From positions 27,512-91,511 of IMG/VR virus record IMGVR_UViG_3300031952_000010: 64,000 bases of DNA. One strand, written 5' to 3'. The position numbers and the translations under genes are program-made. This DNA is from a virus. Below are positions 29,197 through 37,637 of this stretch, in pieces (the stretch's first letter is position 1; each line of letters opens with the position of its first letter). The notes below the pieces were generated by a model. It was not told the origin of the DNA and searched no databases. It was given only the letters and a program-made list of their open reading frames with translations.

Positions 29197-29558
29197 CAAA
29201 AAATGTTTGGAGAATTAAATAATTTGCCGTACATTTGTAATATAGAAGTAAGGGGGGTAGGTAGTTAGTGGGTTGGTGACCTACTCCCCTGACGAAAGAG
29301 TTCTTTGAATAAAATGTTGGTGGATGGTAAGAAACGGTAAACTCGTAAAGTGCATTAACCTGTTGATATGAAATGGTGAAACGAGAGTCCATATCAGCTA
29401 CTCATCACAATAAAAATATTGATAATGGTTTTCCCCATTCAACGAAGGTCGACTCTTCAGAATGGAATCGGAATTCATCACCCTTTGCTGAGGCCTCATT
29501 AAAACTCAGGAAGCAATTAAGATTGGAGCGAGACGGGTACTCCATCATTATTATACTT

Positions 29559-29631
29559 GGAACGGTAGCTCAGTTGGTAGAGCACTTGATTGAAGCTCAA
29601 GGTGTCGGCGGTTCGAACCCGTCTCGTTCCA
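29559..29631 (+). tRNA. tRNA-Phe(GAA)
   Basis: CTTGA-ttGAAgc-TCAAG. Confidence 0.95.
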
Positions 29632-29704
29632 CGGAGTCCTGAAATAACAGGATGCCCCCACTCCCATATGGCAGCCAGTCCATTAAGCTGGTGAAGGGGG
29701 TAAA

Positions 29705-29811
29705 TAGTCAAGTGGACGTAATGCGGGATGGTCCCAAGTCCCCAACTCTAACGAGGTAAGGTAGTCTAATCCGTCTTGAACGGTATTCGGTTCGAGTCCG
29801 ACCTTGATTAC
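29705..29811 (+). ncRNA. Enlarged tRNA-like element with no clear anticodon arm
   Basis: TAGTCAAG/CTTGATTA acceptor-like stem; TCGG-TTCGAGT-CCGA T arm; extra hairpins. Confidence 0.5.
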
Positions 29812-29814
29812 AAA

Positions 29815-29895
29815 TTGCGATAATGGTGTAGGGTCGTTCTCATGAGACGATTTGGTAGATATACCCCTGTGAGGTTCGAGTCCTCAAATCGCAAC
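29815..29895 (+). ncRNA. tRNA-like element lacking a D arm (CAU anticodon)
   Basis: TTGCGAT/ATCGCAA; TCGTT-ctCATga-GACGA; TGAGG-TTCGAGT-CCTCA. Confidence 0.55.
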
Positions 29896-29904
29896 AAATT
29901 ATAT

Positions 29905-29978
29905 GGTGACTATAGCTCAGTTGGCAGAGCAAAGGTTTGTGGTACCTTGTGCCATGGGTTCGATTCCCATTAGTCACC
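29905..29978 (+). tRNA. tRNA-His(GUG)
   Basis: Encoded G-1/C73; AAGGT-ttGTGgt-ACCTT. Confidence 0.95.
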
Positions 29979-30078
29979 CAAATAGGTTGGGGTCCCTTGT
30001 AGTAACGGATTGAACTATAGTAAGTAAACTACAAGTATCTAGTAAGAAGTCACAGATGGGTTCGTGACGACCTAAATT

Positions 30079-30163
30079 GGAGGAATGGCAGAGTGGTCTA
30101 TCGCACTTGTCTTGAAAACAAGCGTACCGAAAGGTACCGTAGGTTCGAATCCTACTTCCTCCG
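30079..30163 (+). tRNA. tRNA-Ser(UGA)
   Basis: CTTGT-ctTGAaa-ACAAG; long variable arm. Confidence 0.95.
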
Positions 30164-30186
30164 CAAAACAATTAGAAAAAAAACAT

Positions 30187-30390
30187 ATGACAGACAAGTT
30201 AAAAGAGTTGTTAGAGACATCTCAAATTGGGGAACCTGAAATCGTTGATTTAATTCATTCGTATTATAAATTAGTGACCGCTGAATTATTCACACAAGAA
30301 GAATTTGATACCGTATTAGAAAGATTAGGTATTACACAAAACGGGAACGTTTTTATTTTCAACGAGAACATAACTTATACTTTTAACTAA
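30187..30390 (+). CDS. Small hypothetical protein (67 aa)
   Basis: [13 protein letters not shown]...; the ORF-track start 30085 lies inside tRNA-Ser. Confidence 0.6.
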   Translation: MTDKLKELLETSQIGEPEIVDLIHSYYKLVTAELFTQEEFDTVLERLGITQNGNVFIFNENITYTFN

Positions 30391-30393
30391 AAT

Positions 30394-30465
30394 AGTTCCT
30401 TGGTGTAATGGATAGCACTAAACACTACGGATGTTTCAGTGAGGGTTCGAGTCCTTCAGGGACTA
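30394..30465 (+). tRNA. tRNA-Arg(ACG)
   Basis: AAACA-ctACGga-TGTTT. Confidence 0.95.
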
Positions 30466-30470
30466 CTATT

Positions 30471-30555
30471 GGAAGATTGGCAGAGTGGTAATGCGGCGGT
30501 TTGCTAAACCGTAGACCTCGAAAGGGGTCCACAGGTTCGAATCCTGTATCTTCCG
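30471..30555 (+). tRNA. tRNA-Ser(GCU)
   Basis: GCGGT-ttGCTaa-ACCGT; long variable arm. Confidence 0.95.
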
Positions 30556-30600
30556 CTTATTTATAATTTTATACTATTTATTATCGAATAATATGATATC

Positions 30601-31995
30601 ATGAGTTACAAAAAATTTTTAATAGCGGAATCCGAGAAAAAGAACATTAGAGAAATGTACGGTTTACTAACCGAACAGTATTTCAAACCACCAAACGGTG
30701 GTGAAGGTCAAGTGGTAAATAAATATCCTGCGGGTTACTACTCCTTAAGTGGAACTGATAAGGCGGGTAACGTATATGACAATACAATCAATTTACAAAA
30801 AATTATTGACAATGCCAAAGAGTTTTTAACAACCAATAAAGGTTTTATTCCAAGAGTTGTAATAAACGCGGGAGAATCAATTATCCCTAACTACGACACT
30901 GAAGGGGGTACTGGTGTTAAAAACTCAGGATGGTTATCTGAAAAAAGAAAAAATAAGATTTCTGAATATGTCAAAAATCAATTAAAAGATTTAGTTAGTA
31001 AAAAATTAATATCAAAAGAACCTGAGGTTATTCTATATTTTGATGAAGCTAAAACATTAACGGTACCGTCAGGTGGTTGGGAGGGTTATCGAACATGGAA
31101 AAGAAGTTCTGAAGCTGAAAAGGTTAATAACCCTAATAATGCCGAGTACACCAAATTAAAAACAGGATACGATAATGACCAATTCACCAAAATAAATTTT
31201 AAAATTGTTCCTGATTTAGGCCCAAACCAATGTTCATTTAATGTCAAAATTGGTGTGCATTACGATGATTTAGATATTGGTCATAGATGTAATAAGGCGA
31301 GATTCCAAATATTGGCTAATGGTGTTCCGTTAACAACTGGTGCGGGCTCAACCTGTGGAAATGGTTTATCGTATGCGGACATGAATAACGGTGGTGGTAG
31401 TTTAGATTGTAAATCAGGCGACATTGGTGGTAAAAGAATGAATTACTTCCAACTAAATAGTAAGTCTATTGTGGACAAAATAATGGCGGCGTCTCCCGAC
31501 AAAAACTCAATAAAAATATCCATGAAATGTACATCAACAGGATTTGATGATGCTTCAGGTAGATGTCACCAAGATGTACCACATATTACGATTCATAACA
31601 CTGATGGTAAACAAACGGTTAACACCTACCCTAAAGTTAACGATAAAGATTTAATTACAATTGACAAGTGCGGTAATTTAATTACAGGTGGTGGTGGTGT
31701 CGCAACAAAAAGTAAAGATGCTGGTGGTACTGCAACAACTACAGTTACTACAACAAAACCTACAGGTCAAAAATTAAATTTTGCGTCACCAGCAACAGGA
31801 ACGTTAACTTCTGACCAAGCGATTCTTAATAAAATTAGTGATGGCTCAATTAAGAAAAACGCGGATAATACTTATTCAGTATTAAAAACATTTAATTATA
31901 ATGGTGTGTCTTATAGAATTAATGATACAATTGTTAAAATATTACCTAAAGGTAGTGTAGTAACTACGACAACGACAACTATTAAACCAAAATAA
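30601..31995 (+). CDS. Hypothetical (putative virion-associated) protein
   Basis: N-terminal FLIAESEKKNIREMYGLLTEQ; TATTTAT upstream. Confidence 0.6.
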   Translation: MSYKKFLIAESEKKNIREMYGLLTEQYFKPPNGGEGQVVNKYPAGYYSLSGTDKAGNVYDNTINLQKIIDNAKEFLTTNKGFIPRVVINAGESIIPNYDTEGGTGVKNSGWLSEKRKNKISEYVKNQLKDLVSKKLISKEPEVILYFDEAKTLTVPSGGWEGYRTWKRSSEAEKVNNPNNAEYTKLKTGYDNDQFTKINFKIVPDLGPNQCSFNVKIGVHYDDLDIGHRCNKARFQILANGVPLTTGAGSTCGNGLSYADMNNGGGSLDCKSGDIGGKRMNYFQLNSKSIVDKIMAASPDKNSIKISMKCTSTGFDDASGRCHQDVPHITIHNTDGKQTVNTYPKVNDKDLITIDKCGNLITGGGGVATKSKDAGGTATTTVTTTKPTGQKLNFASPATGTLTSDQAILNKISDGSIKKNADNTYSVLKTFNYNGVSYRINDTIVKILPKGSVVTTTTTTIKPK

Positions 31996-32020
31996 AAATG
32001 GGGGTCAGTGACCCCCAATT

Positions 32021-32416
32021 CTATTCGATATTACCGTAGTAGTGGTAAGAATTTTTACCATCATCAACAATAACTGTCATTGATGTGTTATCAACACATT
32101 GTGATGTGAAATAAGTCACAACACAGGTTTTGTTAGATTTCAATTCCACAGAGTAAAAAGAATTTACCCCAGGATTTGATTCTTTTGTACCTGAGAATTT
32201 GTATACCATCTCAGTACCTTCACTTTTAATTACTAAAGAATCTTTACCAATTAAAACGGTTGGTGAACTTAACAATACTGAATCAACCCATGTTGATGTA
32301 CTATCAGTGATTGCGTAACCAATCTCTAAAGATTTAACTTTTACTTTATAGATGTCTTGTGATAAACAAACTAATGTTGTTAAAGACAATAACGATGTTA
32401 GGATTAATTTTTTCAT
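32021..32416 (-). CDS. Secreted hypothetical protein
   Basis: Signal peptide MKKLILTSLLSLTTLVCLSQ. Confidence 0.7.
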   Translation of the reverse strand: MKKLILTSLLSLTTLVCLSQDIYKVKVKSLEIGYAITDSTSTWVDSVLLSSPTVLIGKDSLVIKSEGTEMVYKFSGTKESNPGVNSFYSVELKSNKTCVVTYFTSQCVDNTSMTVIVDDGKNSYHYYGNIE

Positions 32417-32546
32417 ACAACAAATATAACGCTCTTATTTGACTAAAACAAATTTTTTTATTATTTTCTTTCTAAAAATATTTTTTAAAAAGTTTTGGCA
32501 GTCTCAAAATTTATTGTATCTTTGTATTCACAAAAACGATATAACT

Positions 32547-32996
32547 ATGACAACTACCAACACAATCATCGACGTAACAACAGGAACATTAGCAGGTGAC
32601 GTATTCTACGGAAACTTTAAAACTCGTGTTAAAAATAAAGTAATTAATGTTATGGTTTCAAACCACTTGAAAGACATTAACAAAGAATATGAATTCCGTA
32701 TCGCAGGGAAATGTCAAGCAGGATTCATCAGTATCCACGATACTAAAGGAACCGCTGGTGAAGTTATCCGTGGATACCAAAAAAACTCTTTGGTTAATAT
32801 CCAAGCAAAAAATGAGTTCGGTCATTGGATGAATGTTTACACAACTAAAGGTGGTAAATGGTACTCAATCGACAAAGGTTTCTTGGAAACTATTACAGTT
32901 GGTACTATGAGAGAATCTTTCCCTGATATGTGCGATATGCAAATTTGGGAAAGAATGGGAGCTAAGACTTGGGCTGATAAGGCTTTCACAAAATAA
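32547..32996 (+). CDS. Hypothetical protein
   Basis: ORF track 32439..32996; ATG 32547 follows TATCTTTG. Confidence 0.65.
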   Translation: MTTTNTIIDVTTGTLAGDVFYGNFKTRVKNKVINVMVSNHLKDINKEYEFRIAGKCQAGFISIHDTKGTAGEVIRGYQKNSLVNIQAKNEFGHWMNVYTTKGGKWYSIDKGFLETITVGTMRESFPDMCDMQIWERMGAKTWADKAFTK

Positions 32997-33066
32997 GAAG
33001 TTTTTACCAATATTTGACTTTTTATGAAAGTCGTATATATTTAATAGAAAATACATAATACTGCAA

Positions 33067-33138
33067 ATGAAAAATTTAAATATCATACTATTAGGCGGGA
33101 CTGAGGCGGATACGTTAACTCGGACGGCGATGGTATGA
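33067..33138 (+). promoter_or_regulatory. Attenuator leader peptide of tRNA operon 2 (23 aa)
   Basis: MKNLNIILLGGTEADTLTRTAMV; run ATA CTA TTA GGC GGG ACT GAG GCG GAT matches the downstream tRNAs. Confidence 0.82.
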
Positions 33139-33162
33139 TGTTTTGTCAACAATAACAATCAG

Positions 33163-33192
33163 AACCCATCTCCAAAAAAGATGGGTTTTTTT
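33163..33192 (+). terminator. Attenuator terminator of tRNA operon 2
   Basis: AACCCATCT-ccaaaaa-AGATGGGTT plus T run; competing hairpin 33129-33170. Confidence 0.88.
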
Positions 33193-33261
33193 ATGTCTAA
33201 AAGTTGGTAATTAAATAAATTGTTGTATCTTTGTGAAACAATAAAGGGGATGAAACCCCGA

Positions 33262-33273
33262 GTTCTTTGACAT
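33262..33273 (+). promoter_or_regulatory. boxA element preceded by a boxB-like hairpin
   Basis: GGGG-atgaaa-CCCC then GTTCTTTGACAT. Confidence 0.7.
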
Positions 33274-33295
33274 GTTGGTTTGAAAAAAAAATTAA

Positions 33296-33367
33296 GGTCT
33301 ATTCGTTCATCGGCTAGGATGCTACCCTGTCACGGTAGTGAGGAGGGTTCGATTCCCTCATGGACCG
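33296..33367 (+). tRNA. tRNA-Asp(GUC)
   Basis: CTACC-ctGTCac-GGTAG. Confidence 0.95.
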
Positions 33368-33378
33368 CAAACAATAAG

Positions 33379-33454
33379 GGGGGTGCATGTACCAAGGCAT
33401 TGGCGATGTCGATTTGCAATCAACGTGAGGTGGGTTCGATTCCCATCATCTCCA
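33379..33454 (+). tRNA. tRNA-Ala(UGC) with atypical D arm
   Basis: G3.U70 pair; ttTGCaa loop; GGTTCGATTCC. Confidence 0.85.
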
Positions 33455-33467
33455 CACAAAAATATAT

Positions 33468-33539
33468 CGTGGGATAGAGCAGTGGTAGCTCGCAAGGCTC
33501 ATAACCTTGAGGTCGGGGGTTCGAATCCCTCTCCCGCAA
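33468..33539 (+). tRNA. tRNA-fMet(CAU)
   Basis: C1:A72 mismatch; CAAGG-ctCATaa-CCTTG. Confidence 0.88.
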
Positions 33540-33548
33540 CTAATACAT

Positions 33549-33622
33549 CGTGGGTTAGACTGGAGGTGGTTCCAGCTTGGTCTCATAAGCCAAAGACGGG
33601 GGTTCGAGTCCCTCACCCGCAA
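33549..33622 (+). tRNA. tRNA-Met(CAU)
   Basis: TTGGT-ctCATaa-GCCAA; also has C1:A72, so elongator versus initiator role is uncertain. Confidence 0.8.
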
Positions 33623-33700
33623 CAAATGTGTCTCAATTCCCTGAAGAAATTCAAAGTTGAGGTCTCGGTAGACAGAACGCGTCTGATTCTACCCAAATAC

Positions 33701-33773
33701 GCGAATATCGTATAGTGGTTTATTACTCCATCCTTCCAAGTTGGAGACGACAGTTCGATTCTGTCTATTCGCT
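33701..33773 (+). tRNA. tRNA-Gly(UCC)
   Basis: GCGAATA/TATTCGC; ctTCCaa loop; U73. Confidence 0.93.
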
Positions 33774-33780
33774 CAAAAAT

Positions 33781-33861
33781 GCTTAAGTGGTGGAATGGTA
33801 TACACGTATGTCTTAGGAACATATGTCTTATGACGTGAGGGTTCGAGTCCCTCCTTAAGTA
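33781..33861 (+). tRNA. tRNA-Leu(UAG)
   Basis: TATGT-ctTAGga-ACATA; variable arm. Confidence 0.93.
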
Positions 33862-34428
33862 CAAAACCAAGGTAATGTCAGTAGGATGAGGCCGCAATCG
33901 GATTCCTTTGAACAACGCGTGAGGGGCGGCTTTCACGATGTGGCTGATAACCCGAGGTTTTAAGACCCCACGAGTAACGGAGATATCCGACCGTTATGGA
34001 GTGTGAACCTGACTTGAAGGCTTCAAGGCTATGGGGGAGGCAACACAAACAAACACGGATTCCCCATTATGGATTAAGGGGGTAAGGGGCTTTAATTAGT
34101 CGTAATACAATCCACAAGTTGTAAGAACACTGAACAATCTTACAATACACACTCTGACTTCCGAGTGAGACTCACCACGTAACTTTGGGGGTAGGGTGAA
34201 GATGTTCTGAGGATAACACTGAACGCTGAACAGTAAAAACCATGACGCATTTGATTGGTAGAATAGGTTAAGACGGAGTGTGAAAGTAGAAACCCCCGAT
34301 GGATGGTTACTAAGCTCTTTAACTCAAAAGGGATAGTCGGGAGGGATATATAAGCTTAAGGGAAACTATAAGTAAAAACTAGGTCAGTTCCGATTTAACC
34401 CCTATCGGTACGAGTGTCTGACCTTAAT

Positions 34429-34501
34429 GCCTCCTTAGCTCAGTTGGCAGAGCACTTGTTTTGTAAACAAGATGTCGTTGGTTCGAATCCGACAGGAGGC
34501 T
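34429..34501 (+). tRNA. tRNA-Thr(UGU)
   Basis: CTTGT-ttTGTaa-ACAAG. Confidence 0.95.
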
Positions 34502-34527
34502 CAATGAGTAAGAGATACTCATCAAAT

Positions 34528-34613
34528 GCTCGGGTGGTGTAATTGGTAGCCACGCAAGACTTAAAATCTTGTGGACTGTAAGGTCCGTGCGGGTTCGATT
34601 CCCGCCCCGAGTA
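34528..34613 (+). tRNA. tRNA-Leu(UAA)
   Basis: CAAGA-ctTAAaa-TCTTG; long variable arm. Confidence 0.95.
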
Positions 34614-34615
34614 CT

Positions 34616-34813
34616 AAAACAAATCTTACATAAGACGGATTAGCACCGTTGAAAGGAACCTTGGCTTCACCGCGGAGTAATTACCGTAACAGAAGTTCTA
34701 AATGCCCCAAGGTACTATGTAATGGACCCTGCTCTGATGTGCACGTCAACAGGTGATGGGGAACAAACCATCGGTCAAATCTAAACCTACGGTGAGCGTA
34801 GAAGATTTGTTTT
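34616..34813 (+). ncRNA. Unidentified ~200-nt multibranched RNA
   Basis: 12-bp closing stem AAAACAAATCTT/AAGATTTGTTTT plus several internal stems; no ORF. Confidence 0.6.
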
Positions 34814-34818
34814 TATTT

Positions 34819-34893
34819 GGTCCCATCGTCTAACGGTTAGGACATCAGGTTTTCATCCTGAAAATCGGGGTTCGATTCCCCGTGGGACTACCA
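34819..34893 (+). tRNA. tRNA-Glu(UUC), CCA encoded
   Basis: TCAGG-ttTTCat-CCTGA. Confidence 0.95.
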
Positions 34894-34914
34894 AATATTC
34901 TTCATTTATATAAA

Positions 34915-34988
34915 GGACTTGTAGCTCAGTTGGTTAGAGCACCGCACTCATAATGCGTAGGTCCATGGTTCGAGTCCATGCTGGTCCA
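34915..34988 (+). tRNA. tRNA(CAU), probable Ile2 (lysidine; reads AUA)
   Basis: ctCATaa loop; body GGACTTGTAGCTCAGTTGGTTAGAGC resembles bacterial Ile2; Met not excluded. Confidence 0.75.
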
Positions 34989-35040
34989 CTTTTTTCAAAT
35001 TATACATTGCCAGTCCAAATTTTTTTTGTATATTTGTTAT

Positions 35041-35541
35041 ATGAAAAATCAACTACCATATTGTAACACATCTGAAGCGATTAAAGGATATGATAATTCT
35101 CCTATTGCAAAATCCGAAACAAATGATTGTGTTGTTCGTGCGATAGCATCAGCATTTGACCTTGAATACGATAGAGCTCATAAATTTGTTGCCGACACAT
35201 TTGGTCGTAAACCAAGACAAGGTACTTTTGGATTTGGTCCTGGTATGAATAAGATTGCCGAAGAAAGAACTCGTATTGGTAGAAAATGTGTCAAACCTAT
35301 GGGTACTAAAGCAGAACACAGTTCTTTCCGTTCACTATCTTACGATGTTAAAGTTAAAGGAGTTAAAACTTCACGACAAATGACTGTGGGTACTTTCATT
35401 TCAAAATACCCTTTAGGTACTTATGTAGTTACAGTTAAACGTCACGCCTTCACTATTAAAGATGGTGTGGTTATCGGTAATCGTGAAGATGCTATTCAGA
35501 AAAGAAAAATCATGTTATTGGCTTGGAGAGTTGGTTCATAA
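35041..35541 (+). CDS. Hypothetical phage protein
   Basis: ETNDCVVRAIA motif; the ORF-track start lies inside a tRNA. Confidence 0.65.
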   Translation: MKNQLPYCNTSEAIKGYDNSPIAKSETNDCVVRAIASAFDLEYDRAHKFVADTFGRKPRQGTFGFGPGMNKIAEERTRIGRKCVKPMGTKAEHSSFRSLSYDVKVKGVKTSRQMTVGTFISKYPLGTYVVTVKRHAFTIKDGVVIGNREDAIQKRKIMLLAWRVGS

Positions 35542-35565
35542 TATATAACCCATATATTTATCAGT

Positions 35566-36153
35566 ATGTCAGATAGTATTATAAATTTCTTAAAGAAACA
35601 GGGAGATATTTTTAGTTCCGCTAAATATTTTGGTGGTATAGATAAATTACGTGAGATTGGTAAGACTAATCCTAAAATTATGGATATGATAACTAAATCA
35701 TCTTATGGTTATCTGGAATTTCAGGCGGGTGATAGGCCAAGACAAACTAAGACCTATAAATTTAATTTCTATGTATTAGATTATGATATGGAGGACGATA
35801 TGGGTGGTGGTGATTACAACCACGCTTATTTAGCAATTGACTTAATTGTTGATTACCCAAATTTAACAGATGAAGAAATTTTAAGAATTGGTCAATGGGC
35901 TGCTGAGTATTGTGAGGATGGTCGTTGTGACTATAACATTTCAAACAAAATCTTTGAAGATTCTTTGATTATGTCAGACGTTAAAAAAATTAACGGTAAA
36001 GATGTCCCATGGGTATCAGGTTCTTTATTAAACAACCAATCAGATATCGTTCCCGATGAAGAAGTTGAAGAATTAATTAAGAAAAGCGAGAATGGTGGTA
36101 CTGTTAAAGAATCCGTTATACGAATAAAAAAATTACTTAAAGTTGATTTATAG
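35566..36153 (+). CDS. Hypothetical protein
   Basis: Ends VKESVIRIKKLL; TATTTAT upstream. Confidence 0.65.
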   Translation: MSDSIINFLKKQGDIFSSAKYFGGIDKLREIGKTNPKIMDMITKSSYGYLEFQAGDRPRQTKTYKFNFYVLDYDMEDDMGGGDYNHAYLAIDLIVDYPNLTDEEILRIGQWAAEYCEDGRCDYNISNKIFEDSLIMSDVKKINGKDVPWVSGSLLNNQSDIVPDEEVEELIKKSENGGTVKESVIRIKKLLKVDL

Positions 36154-36198
36154 ATTTATTTTTTATTTTATATTGTTTATTTTTATAAAAAAACAAAT

Positions 36199-36741
36199 AT
36201 GGGTAATAAAGTAAATGTTTTTGGGTTAGACAAATTAATTCAAAAACAATCGGCGGTAACTAAAAGTAAGATTTTAAGTCAAACCATTATTGATGGTGTT
36301 AAAACAAAATTCATTAGACCTGTTCCTCATGAAGATGGGACATTATGTGAGATTGCCAGAGCAGATTGGGATGAAATTACTGACCCTATTGTTCATACTC
36401 ATGTAACAACAACTCAAGTAGGTAGAATTCGTGCTTGGGGATTACATCAAAATAGTACAGATAGATTATTCGTTGTTAAGGGACTTGTTTCAATTGTAGT
36501 TTATGATGGAAGAATTGATTCACCAACATACGGTGTTATTAATGAATTTAAAGTTTCAGAAAGAAATCCAGTGTTATTAGTTATCCCACCAAATTTATAT
36601 CACGGATGGAAGAATATTGGTACTGATGAAGCGTATATTATTAATATGCCAACTTCAATGTATGATTATCATAAACCTGACGCCCTTGATTTACCTTATG
36701 ATTCTGAAGAGGCTATTAATATTGTCCCTCATAGATGGTAA
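36199..36741 (+). CDS. dTDP-4-dehydrorhamnose 3,5-epimerase (RmlC) family cupin
   Basis: IRAWGLH, YDGRIDSPTYG, LVIPPNLYHGWKNIG. Confidence 0.85.
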   Translation: MGNKVNVFGLDKLIQKQSAVTKSKILSQTIIDGVKTKFIRPVPHEDGTLCEIARADWDEITDPIVHTHVTTTQVGRIRAWGLHQNSTDRLFVVKGLVSIVVYDGRIDSPTYGVINEFKVSERNPVLLVIPPNLYHGWKNIGTDEAYIINMPTSMYDYHKPDALDLPYDSEEAINIVPHRW

Positions 36742-37472
36742 AATCGGTTATGGTGGTTATTCCAACTCATAATCACCCCACAACACTTAAATACTCTGTT
36801 GAAAGTGCTCAAAATCAAACGGTTGAAGATTTAGATATTGTTATCATTGGTGATGGTGTTACTGATGATACAAGAGATGTTATTAGTGATATAATTAAAA
36901 CTGACAATAGGGTTAGATTTGAAGATGAACCAAAAAGATTAAGTAGGAATGAAGTTGCTAGACATAGGATAATTTCTGAATCAAAATCTGACATAGTTAC
37001 TTATCTTGGGGATGATGACCTTCTATTATCTAAACACGTCGAAATAATGAAAAATATGTTGGTTGATAGCGATTTTACTCACCCATTACCTGTTTTGGTG
37101 TATCCTGATAAAAGTATAGAAGCTTTAAGGATTGACTTAAAAGAAAAAAAATGGGTTGATTATCATTTAAAACCTAAACAAAATAAAATTAGTTTAACTG
37201 GTGCCGCCCATACAATGGATTTATATCGAAAATTAAAATTTGGATGGAGGGCGGCCCCAAAAAATATTTGGAGTGACCTTTATATGTGGAGACAAATATT
37301 TTTAACACCAAATATTAAATTATCAAGTTCTGATTTATCAACCATGATTAAACTACCTTCATCAGCAAGAATAGAAAATGATTTAAATAGAAAATTTGAG
37401 ATTGAGTCTTGGTCTATTATTATAAAAAAACCTGATTTTTTTGATTTATGGCAGAAAAAAGTTCTCCCATAA
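36735..37472 (+). CDS. Glycosyltransferase family 2
   Basis: VVIPTHN, IGDGVTD, YLGDDD. Confidence 0.85.
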   Translation: MVKSVMVVIPTHNHPTTLKYSVESAQNQTVEDLDIVIIGDGVTDDTRDVISDIIKTDNRVRFEDEPKRLSRNEVARHRIISESKSDIVTYLGDDDLLLSKHVEIMKNMLVDSDFTHPLPVLVYPDKSIEALRIDLKEKKWVDYHLKPKQNKISLTGAAHTMDLYRKLKFGWRAAPKNIWSDLYMWRQIFLTPNIKLSSSDLSTMIKLPSSARIENDLNRKFEIESWSIIIKKPDFFDLWQKKVLP

Positions 37473-37637
37473 TAATCAGAACCTTTGAGGAAACTTTACA
37501 GTTTTCTTTTTAATAAAATATACTATATTTATAAATGAAACCTTGTTACTGAGGTCCACGTGTCCAAGAGACATTTGAGTTGGTTAACCACCAACGAAGT
37601 GGGGTTCAATAAACATAAAAATTAAAATAAGGAAAAA

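Noticed and set aside
27237-33936. ORF-track entries overlapping tRNA arrays (27237, 28565, 28896, 29156, 29373, 29517, 29974, 33280, 33338, 33613)
   Set aside because: They are translations of tRNA or structured RNA sequence with no protein-like features.
34314-34323. GCTCTTTAAC as an additional boxA
   Set aside because: It differs from the GTTCTTT form used elsewhere and lies within a paired region, so it may be chance.
33866-34425. RNase P RNA
   Set aside because: The GAGGAAAGUCC and ACAGAA/ACAAAA-type P4 signatures were not found in the required arrangement.
37549-37610. Hammerhead ribozyme in the leader of the 37638 gene
   Set aside because: A three-way junction is present but the CUGANGA/GAAA core is incomplete.
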